From Bacteroidales bacterium (lineage in GTDB: Bacteria > Bacteroidota > Bacteroidia > Bacteroidales > JAADJA01), in contig JAGVPB010000011.1 of assembly GCA_020052415.1 (NCBI GenBank), positions 128,035 through 192,034 on the forward strand: a stretch of 64,000 bases of DNA, written 5' to 3'. The position numbers and the translations under genes were made by a program. The notes under the pieces were generated by a model. It saw only the letters and a program-made list of their open reading frames with translations. It was not told the origin of the DNA and made no database searches. Positions 9,936-16,678 of this stretch are shown here, piece by piece; the stretch's first letter is position 1; each line of letters begins with the position of its first letter.

Positions 9936-10638
9936 CTGCATTACCGTGGATGACGAACACCTGGCTCACAAGCTGATGGCTGATTACATTTCGAAACTCC
10001 CGCAACTCGAATTAAAGGGACAGTTTAAAAGAGCGACCGATGCCCTTGCTTTTATTCTGGAACACCCTGTTCAGATCATCTTTCTCGATATCCAGATGCC
10101 TGATTTAACGGGGATACAATTTCTCGAATCGCTGCAAACAAAACCCGTTGTAATTTTTACCACTGCCTATGCTGAATTTGCGCTCCGGGGCTATGAACTC
10201 GAAGTTGCAGATTACTTACTCAAACCATTTACATTCGAACGCTTCGTTAAAGCAGTGAACAAAGCGATTAAAACTGTTGCACCTCAACCGGCTGCCATCA
10301 CCCAACCGTTTCAACCCGAACCTGCGGGAAATGACTTCCTGTTCGTAAAGTCAGGGTACAAATCATTTAAGATCAATTTCAACGACATTCTTTATATTGA
10401 AGGACTGAAGGAATACGTGAGTATTTATACCAGAGAAAGAAAGTTCATCCGGCTTGACAGGTTAAAATCATTGGAAGCTTTGCTTCCAACCGGCAATTTC
10501 ATGCGCGTCCATAAATCTTATATTGCTGCAATTGATAAGATTGAGACGGTGTATGGAAATACCATCGAAATCGGTGGAAAGGAAATACCGATAGGGCAGT
10601 CATATAAAAAGAATGTCGAGGACAGATTGTTCAAATAG
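9925..10638 (+). CDS. LytR/AlgR-family response regulator (receiver plus LytTR DNA-binding domain)
   Basis: Receiver motifs VDDE and FLDIQMPDLTG. LytTR-like C-terminus (ILYIEGLKEYVSIYT...RVHKSYI). Overlaps the kinase gene by 11 nt. Confidence 0.85.
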   Translation: MKFSCITVDDEHLAHKLMADYISKLPQLELKGQFKRATDALAFILEHPVQIIFLDIQMPDLTGIQFLESLQTKPVVIFTTAYAEFALRGYELEVADYLLKPFTFERFVKAVNKAIKTVAPQPAAITQPFQPEPAGNDFLFVKSGYKSFKINFNDILYIEGLKEYVSIYTRERKFIRLDRLKSLEALLPTGNFMRVHKSYIAAIDKIETVYGNTIEIGGKEIPIGQSYKKNVEDRLFK

Positions 10639-10749
10639 ACTGAAATTCATACATTATCCATTGTATTATTCTTTTCGCCTTCTGAATTCCTTATTCGGGG
10701 CAATAGGAGTTCGCATTATAGAAGTAAGAAAGTGCTATTTCCTTTCCTG

Positions 10750-11421
10750 TCATCTTTGCCGATAATTTTCAATATAAACCATAATAAATTCGTTGTACCT
10801 CTTTCGCCGGTATTGCACTATCCATCTGGGGTGGGGAAGGGGAATCACTTTGTTGAAGAAGTGATGCTTTTGGTTTAAATTCTGAAGAAAAGCAAAGTTT
10901 TTTCCCATGCCGAGGCAATAGCATAACTCAGTATTTACAGGAAATGACAGGATTTTTTCAATGGATGAAACAATAAAAGGAGTTACTGCTCTTTCGATTT
11001 CCCTCGAATCATAATAATTAAAATTGAGGCCCTTACATGTAAATCCTAGGGGACAAACTGCATGGATAAAATATTTGCTGTAGAATTTTTCCTTCCCTCC
11101 ATAAGCTTCTATCATATCATAAATAAATCCAGCAGAGGGTTCTGTGATCTTTTTCAGGTTATTTGCTATGCCACAGTTCTTTTCAAGTTTTACAGGATCA
11201 GTGAAAGGAATTCCGGTAACCCCTGCGCCAAACCTGCCCGGATTGATACCGAGAAGAAGAGTCCTTAAAGAATTATCGGAAAAATATTTCAGGTAAAACT
11301 TATCGGAGATTTCCACAACCTGCCGATCATGGAATGGATTCATAACCTGAACACCTTCGGGCAGTGGAATATCGAGTTCAAGGGATTGATTGAACCGGAT
11401 TACCTTTTGAGCAAATGACAT
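10750..11421 (-). CDS. uracil-DNA glycosylase superfamily protein (SMUG-like)
   Basis: LGINPGRFGAGVTGIPFTDP resembles the SMUG GMNPGP-type motif A, and LPHPRW resembles the HPSP-type motif B. 223 aa. Confidence 0.55.
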   Translation of the reverse strand: MSFAQKVIRFNQSLELDIPLPEGVQVMNPFHDRQVVEISDKFYLKYFSDNSLRTLLLGINPGRFGAGVTGIPFTDPVKLEKNCGIANNLKKITEPSAGFIYDMIEAYGGKEKFYSKYFIHAVCPLGFTCKGLNFNYYDSREIERAVTPFIVSSIEKILSFPVNTELCYCLGMGKNFAFLQNLNQKHHFFNKVIPLPHPRWIVQYRRKRYNEFIMVYIENYRQR

Positions 11422-11437
11422 TGGGAAACAGAAAAAT

Positions 11438-11941
11438 CTAAAACGGCCAGAAACTGTTATCGTTCCAGATTTGTTCCTTCAGATCTTCATTTAATCTGTG
11501 AAGTAGCCTGTGATGACCGCTTTCCCATTCGGCCAGCATCTTATAGGTTTCTTTTTCCATAGGATCGGTAGCAGCAATGGCTCTGTCGGAATATATTTTA
11601 ACAGCACGGGTCTCAAAATCCATAGCGGCAGAAATGGCAGCAGCTTCAAAACCTGCGGCAGATATTTCTTTTCTGATCTCATCGGAAAGTATCTTTTCGG
11701 TAATTTCATCGCTGGCATCATCATGCGGTTCTTCCGGCTTCGCAAATTTCTGATCCTGATTATAAGCCCTGAACTGCAGCGCAAGGAATTTAATGTGTTC
11801 ATCTTCTTCCTCGGCCATGATGTTAAAAACTTTTTTTACTGCTGCACTTTTGGTTTGCGCTGCAACATTCGAATAAAATGCTTTCCCTCTCTTTTCGAGT
11901 AAGATCGCTTCTTTTAGAATATCAGTAGGTGATTTTGACAT
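11438..11941 (-). CDS. ferritin-like / rubrerythrin-family protein
   Basis: Four-helix-bundle E-x-x-H motifs (AEEEDEHIKFL, WESGHHRLL). The start is taken at MSKSPTDILKEA; the upstream extension runs into the repeat tract. Confidence 0.7.
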   Translation of the reverse strand: MSKSPTDILKEAILLEKRGKAFYSNVAAQTKSAAVKKVFNIMAEEEDEHIKFLALQFRAYNQDQKFAKPEEPHDDASDEITEKILSDEIRKEISAAGFEAAAISAAMDFETRAVKIYSDRAIAATDPMEKETYKMLAEWESGHHRLLHRLNEDLKEQIWNDNSFWPF

Positions 11942-11960
11942 AATTGTTGTTTTTTGAATT

Positions 11961-12106
11961 AGCATGGAGCGTGGAGCAGGGAGCAAGGAGCATGGAGCAT
12001 GGAGCAGGGAGCATGGAGCATGGAGTGGGGATAGGGTTCAGAGTTCAGAGTTTTGAGTTTTCAATTTTCAATTTTCAATTTTCAATTTTCAATTTTCAAT
12101 TCACAC
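11961..12106. repeat. 146-bp tract of 7-bp-periodic tandem repeats (locus A)
   Basis: Ten AGCNNGG units (11961-12030), then TTCAGAG x2, TTTTGAG, TTTTCAA x6 and TTCACAC (12037-12106), all in heptamer register. Confidence 0.95.
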
Positions 12107-12107
12107 A

Positions 12108-12115
12108 CAAAAATA
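12108..12115 (-). promoter_or_regulatory. possible -7 box (TATTTTTG) for the ferritin-like gene
   Basis: Matches TAnnTTTG on the minus strand. If it is used, the whole heptamer tract would be transcribed as a ~160-nt leader. Confidence 0.2.
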
Positions 12116-12220
12116 GGCATTTCAGTTTTAGTTGAGAGCAAAGAATAAATGTGAATTGAATATTTTTTTTATCTGATCCGAAAGTTAAAATATTAAATGA
12201 TTGGCAATAAATGATTTCCT

Positions 12221-12228
12221 TATTTTTG
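12221..12228 (+). promoter_or_regulatory. -7 promoter box (TATTTTTG)
   Basis: Matches TAnnTTTG, with 13 nt before the ATG at 12242. Confidence 0.4.
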
Positions 12229-12241
12229 TCACGCTCTAATA

Positions 12242-13684
12242 ATGTCTAAATTGAATCAGGACAGGATAATAACGCTAAAGAACCTTTACCGTGACTGGTC
12301 GGGTGAAGATGTGCACAGTTTCGAAAGGATACTGGGTTCTGGTTCGAACCGGAAATATTACAGGCTTATGGGAGAGAACCAAACGGCCATTGGCGTAATC
12401 GGTGAAGATCCTTATGAAAACAGAGCCTTCCTAAGTTTTACTGATCACTTCAGGAAGCACGGACTGAACGTTCCTGAAATTTATTCAACGGATAAAAACG
12501 GTGAAATATATTTACTGCAGGACCTGGGTGATATTTCACTTTTCAGCCTTTTACCGGGAATGACGGGTTCAAAGGATAATATAAGCCGGATCGAAACCCT
12601 TTATAAAAGGATTTTGGATGATTTGATCCGGTTCCAGGTAATTGCAGGGAAGGACCTTGATTATTCCGTTTGTTTTCCGCGTGAAAAGTTCGACAGTCAA
12701 TCAATGCACTGGGATCTGAACTATTTTAAATATTATTATCTGAAACTTGCCTACATCCCGTTTCGGGAACAGGCGCTTGAAAACGATTTTTCAACGCTGT
12801 TGGATTTCCTTTCGATGGCTGACTCCGGTTACTTTATGTACCGCGATTTTCAGGCAAGGAATATTATGCTGCTTAACACAGAACCTTATTTTATTGACTA
12901 CCAGGGCGGGAGAAAGGGCCCTTTACAGTATGATGTTGCATCGCTTTTATTCCAGGCAAAAGCCGAATTGCCGCATTCATTCAGGGAACAGATGCTGGAA
13001 TATTATATTTCAAAACTGAGAGAACATATAGAAGTAGATCGGAATACCTTTATTCCTCTTTATTACGGTTTTGTTCTGATTCGCACATTGCAGGTATTGG
13101 GGGCTTATGGATACAGAGGTTTTTATGAACGCAAACCTCATTTTGTCGAAAGCATAGGTTATGCTTTGAAAAATATAGAATGGTTACTGGAAAATGTAAA
13201 ATATGCTATTGAAGTCCCTGAATTGATAGGATGTTTGGAAGCGATGGTAAAGAAAAATTCCAAACAAAGACAAAAAAAAGGTAATGAAAAGCTGACTGTT
13301 GAAATCAACAGTTTCTCTTACCTTCGGAATGGAATTCCTGAAGATAAAATGGGGCATGGAGGAGGTTTTGTATTCGATTGCCGGGCTTTACCCAATCCCG
13401 GAAGGCTTGAAGAATTCAGGAACCTGAGCGGACTCGATCAGGAAGTAAAGGATTTTTTGAACCGTTACCCGGAAGTGGAAAATTTTAATGACAATATTTT
13501 TGCAGTCGTATGTCAATCAATAGACAATTATATTGAGAAGGGATTCGATCACCTTGTTATCAATTTTGGCTGTACCGGAGGGCAGCACAGGTCGGTGTTC
13601 TGTGCGGAGCGATTATTTGAAAAAATAAAAGGTAAATATAACATCCGGGTAATCCTGAAACACACAATGAAGGAAAACTGGTAA
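12242..13684 (+). CDS. fusion protein: AmgK-like (APH-fold) kinase domain plus RapZ C-terminal domain
   Basis: The N-terminal ~340 aa carry APH/AmgK-type catalytic motifs YRDFQARNIML and FIDYQGG..GPLQYDVASLL. The C-terminal ~130 aa align with E. coli RapZ (FVFDCRALPNPG vs YVFDVRFLPNPH; INFGCTGGQHRSVFCAERL vs VAIGCTGGKHRSVYIAEQL). Confidence 0.75.
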   Translation: MSKLNQDRIITLKNLYRDWSGEDVHSFERILGSGSNRKYYRLMGENQTAIGVIGEDPYENRAFLSFTDHFRKHGLNVPEIYSTDKNGEIYLLQDLGDISLFSLLPGMTGSKDNISRIETLYKRILDDLIRFQVIAGKDLDYSVCFPREKFDSQSMHWDLNYFKYYYLKLAYIPFREQALENDFSTLLDFLSMADSGYFMYRDFQARNIMLLNTEPYFIDYQGGRKGPLQYDVASLLFQAKAELPHSFREQMLEYYISKLREHIEVDRNTFIPLYYGFVLIRTLQVLGAYGYRGFYERKPHFVESIGYALKNIEWLLENVKYAIEVPELIGCLEAMVKKNSKQRQKKGNEKLTVEINSFSYLRNGIPEDKMGHGGGFVFDCRALPNPGRLEEFRNLSGLDQEVKDFLNRYPEVENFNDNIFAVVCQSIDNYIEKGFDHLVINFGCTGGQHRSVFCAERLFEKIKGKYNIRVILKHTMKENW

Positions 13685-13689
13685 AAGTT

Positions 13690-14943
13690 ATGGTTGATAT
13701 AATGTCAATATTAATTACAAATATCAAAAAGCTGGTTCAGACAGAAACTAAACCGGTCAAATTCAGGGCAGGCAGGCAGATGACGGAACTCCCTTTCATT
13801 GAAAATGCTTTTTTAGCCATTAAGGATGGAAAGATCGCCTCATTCGGTGAAATGAATAACTTTAAACTTCAAACTTCAAACTTTGAACTTAACATTGATG
13901 CCTCAGGCAAAATGGTCTTTCCCTCTTTCTGCGACTCGCATACCCACCTTGTTTACCCGGCCAGCCGCGAGATCGAATATGTGGATAAAATCAAGGGATT
14001 ATCCTATGAAGAAATTGCCAAACGCGGAGGCGGCATCCTGAACACAGCCAAAAAGTTGAAAGAAACCACTGTTGCCGAGCTGGTCGAAAGCGCTCTTGAA
14101 CGGCTCGGTGAAATCAAAAAGTTGGGAACCGGAGCAGTAGAAATCAAAAGCGGTTATGGGCTGGATACAGAGCAGGAATTGAAAATGCTTTATGCGATCC
14201 GAAAACTAAAGGAACTGTCGCCGCTGACAATCAAGGCTACATTTCTTGGAGCCCATTCAATTCCTTTGGAATTTCGTGGCAGGCAAAGCGAGTATGTGGA
14301 TCTAATCATCAATGAAATGATACCGATGGTAGCAGCCGAAGACCTGGCGGATTATATTGATGTTTTTTGCGATAAAGGTTTCTTTACCGTTGAAGATACG
14401 GAGAGGATACTGATGGCAGGCATGAAATATGGTTTACGACCCAAAATCCATGCAAATGAACTGGATTATTCAGGCGGCATTCAGGCTGGTGTAAAATATA
14501 ATGCCTTGTCGGTTGATCACCTTGAATATACAGGAGATGCTGAAATCGAAGCATTAATAAACAGCGAAACTATGCCGACCATACTTCCGGGTGCCGCTTT
14601 TTTCCTCGGAATGACTTATGCTCCCGCACGCAGGATGATTGACGCCGGATTGCCGGTAGCAATGGCGAGTGATTTTAATCCGGGTTCTTCACCGTCGGGC
14701 AACATGCAGTTGATTTTATCAATGGCAAGTATTCTTTATAAACTTACTCCTGAAGAGGCCATCAATGCAGTAACTATCAACAGCGCTTATGCCATGGGCC
14801 TGGAAGAAGAACTCGGTAGCATTGCCGTGGGCAAAAAGGCCAACTTCTTTATTACAAAGGAAATCCCCACTGTCGAGTTTATGCCGTATGCTTATGGGAG
14901 CAATAAAGTAGAGACGGTAATTTTAAATGGTGAAGTTCAATAA
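13690..14943 (+). CDS. hutI: imidazolonepropionase
   Basis: Amidohydrolase metal motifs (FCDSHTHLV, IHANELD) with length and order typical of HutI. An alternative start exists at 13702. Confidence 0.9.
   Translation: MVDIMSILITNIKKLVQTETKPVKFRAGRQMTELPFIENAFLAIKDGKIASFGEMNNFKLQTSNFELNIDASGKMVFPSFCDSHTHLVYPASREIEYVDKIKGLSYEEIAKRGGGILNTAKKLKETTVAELVESALERLGEIKKLGTGAVEIKSGYGLDTEQELKMLYAIRKLKELSPLTIKATFLGAHSIPLEFRGRQSEYVDLIINEMIPMVAAEDLADYIDVFCDKGFFTVEDTERILMAGMKYGLRPKIHANELDYSGGIQAGVKYNALSVDHLEYTGDAEIEALINSETMPTILPGAAFFLGMTYAPARRMIDAGLPVAMASDFNPGSSPSGNMQLILSMASILYKLTPEEAINAVTINSAYAMGLEEELGSIAVGKKANFFITKEIPTVEFMPYAYGSNKVETVILNGEVQ
13861..13895. repeat. in-frame heptamer tract inside hutI
   Basis: TTTAAAC TTCAAAC TTCAAAC TTTGAAC TTAACAT encodes FKLQTSNFELN. 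The word family is the same as at intergenic loci C and D. Confidence 0.8.
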
Positions 14944-14982
14944 TTCAAAGTTTCAGGCTCAAGGAAAAATGCAAATTTTTAT

Positions 14983-14990
14983 TAGTTTTG
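14983..14990 (+). promoter_or_regulatory. -7 promoter box (TAGTTTTG) for the ATPase/Toprim cassette
   Basis: Matches TAnnTTTG, with 19 nt before the ATG at 15010. Confidence 0.4.
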
Positions 14991-15009
14991 CTCACTATTC
15001 TGACTTATA

Positions 15010-16002
15010 ATGGCAATTACAAAGATTCAAATTAAAAACTTTAAATCTCTTGTTGATATAACAATAGAAAAACCAAATCCTTTTACTGTATTTGTTGGAC
15101 CAAACGCATCTGGAAAGTCGAATATATTTGAAGCTTTGGAGTTCTATACTTATATTTATAAATATGGGTTTGACGAGGCATTGCGTCTTTTTCTCGGGAA
15201 GGAATCTATTGTTAATTTAAATAATGTTGGTTCTGAGTTTAAAATTCTAATGGATTTTTCAAACGGGTCAACTTATTTAAAAGCAAATAGTAATTTATTT
15301 ATTCCGGAAATTTTTGGATTTGATCCAAAGCAATTAATTCAAATAAAAATGGATCCAACTGAAATTCCATTTTTTAGTGAGTTTTCTAAAATTTTTATTA
15401 ATAATATTGAGAAAGTTAGAATACCTGAAAAAAGTGATTTTAAACTATCAGCCGACGCAAAGAATATTGAAAAGGTACTGAAGCGTGTTCTTCAGTATCC
15501 TGAATTAAGAGAGGAGCTTATTGAATTACTCAGCTTTTTAGTTCCTGATTTTAAAAATCTGGAGATTCGATCTGATGAACTATCAGGAAGTGATAATCTT
15601 TTAATTTATGAAAAACACACAAATAAGCCTTTACCCCGTCATTTAATTTCAGATGGGACTTTTAATATTATTTCATTAATTACTTCTGCTTTTCAGTCAT
15701 ATATTCATAGCCAATTCCAACGACAATTCCTATGTATTGAAGAACCGGAAAACGGTTTACATCCCGAAGCCATAAAAGAGTTAGTTTACTTTTTCAGGGA
15801 ACAATGTGAGAAAAAAGGTCATTACATTTGGTTGACAACGCATTCACAATCTCTGGTGTCAGTGCTAAAACCTGAAGAAATCATAGTTGTGGATAAAATT
15901 AAAGGTGAAACGAAAATAAAACAATTTATTGGCGAAAACTTTCATGGCTTAAAAATGGATGAAGCCTGGTTGTCGAATGTTTTGGGTGGAGGTTTGATAT
16001 GA
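15010..16002 (+). CDS. SMC/ABC-type (AAA_15/AAA_21-like) ATPase, candidate defence-system ATPase
   Basis: Walker A GPNASGKS (aa 30-37), signature-like ISDGT, Walker B/D-loop FLCIEEPENGLHP and H-loop TTHSQS. 330 aa and AT-rich. Confidence 0.8.
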   Translation: MAITKIQIKNFKSLVDITIEKPNPFTVFVGPNASGKSNIFEALEFYTYIYKYGFDEALRLFLGKESIVNLNNVGSEFKILMDFSNGSTYLKANSNLFIPEIFGFDPKQLIQIKMDPTEIPFFSEFSKIFINNIEKVRIPEKSDFKLSADAKNIEKVLKRVLQYPELREELIELLSFLVPDFKNLEIRSDELSGSDNLLIYEKHTNKPLPRHLISDGTFNIISLITSAFQSYIHSQFQRQFLCIEEPENGLHPEAIKELVYFFREQCEKKGHYIWLTTHSQSLVSVLKPEEIIVVDKIKGETKIKQFIGENFHGLKMDEAWLSNVLGGGLI

Positions 16003-16589
16003 TCAAAGTAGGATTTATTGTTGAAGGAAATTCTGAAAAGGTGGTATATGAATCGGAAATTTTTCAGGAATTATTGGAAAGATTTAATCTGACTTGTGTG
16101 GGCGTAATTACTCCAGGATCAAGAACTAAATTCTTTGCTCAGGAACAATTGATAAAGTATTATGAGAATATTAGAAAAAATGAACCTGATAAAATCATTA
16201 TAATCATTGATAAAGAAGGTGATGACGAATGTCTTTATGAAATAAAGCAAAGGATTAGTTGTATTGATCAAATCAATCAGATAAATATAATCCAGGTCAA
16301 AACATTAGAATCCTGGTTTCTTGCCGACTCAGTTGCCTTGTCAAGAGCTTTCCATAGGAACTATAACTATGAAACACCTGAAAGTACTGAAAACCATCCC
16401 TTTGATGAATTGCAAAATGAATTTATAGTAAATACTGAAAGAGGGTTGGGATCGAAGGAATCTACCTTACCCGCGAGGAAAATGGTAAACAAATATAAAT
16501 TTTCAATTGAAAATGCGGCCAAACATCCAAACTGTCCAAGTGCCAGATATTTTTTACAGAAACTCTCCGATTTAAATCGCAATTTATGA
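15999..16589 (+). CDS. small Toprim-like protein (DUF4276-like partner of the ATPase)
   Basis: ATGA overlap with the upstream stop codon. N-terminal FIVEGNSE (Glu9), acidic IIIIIDKEGDDE (aa 66-77) and ESWFLAD. 196 aa. Confidence 0.6.
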   Translation: MIKVGFIVEGNSEKVVYESEIFQELLERFNLTCVGVITPGSRTKFFAQEQLIKYYENIRKNEPDKIIIIIDKEGDDECLYEIKQRISCIDQINQINIIQVKTLESWFLADSVALSRAFHRNYNYETPESTENHPFDELQNEFIVNTERGLGSKESTLPARKMVNKYKFSIENAAKHPNCPSARYFLQKLSDLNRNL

Positions 16590-16639
16590 TTTTGCCCGCA
16601 ATTTATTTTGATTTTAATACCAGCAATTTAACAATTTTC

Positions 16640-16657
16640 CCGAAGGGATACCTTCGG
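16640..16657 (+). other. GC hairpin between the cassette and ftcD
   Basis: CCGAAGG-GATA-CCTTCGG with a 7-bp stem. It lies 50 nt after the cassette stop and 21 nt before the ftcD ATG. There is no T-run. Confidence 0.5.
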
Positions 16658-16678
16658 CAAGCAAATCAACAATAGAAT

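Noticed and set aside
11961-12106. Whether the periodic arrays could be CRISPR arrays
   Set aside because: The units are 7-9 bp with no unique spacers, the repeats drift continuously, and no cas genes or leader are present in the window.
11944-12135. 63-aa ORF reading MEHGAGSMEHG...FNFQFSIFNFQF
   Set aside because: It is a translation of the heptamer repeat tract (locus A). The low-complexity periodic peptide has no start context. The same applies to ORF 43181..43414 across locus E.
14971-16616. Possible direct repeats flanking the ATPase/Toprim cassette (GCAAATTTTTATTAGTTTTG at 14971-14990 vs GCAATTTATTTTGATTTTA at 16598-16616)
   Set aside because: The match is only a gapped, low-complexity AT-rich similarity. 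It is not convincing as a target-site duplication or att site, and no integrase or transposase is nearby.
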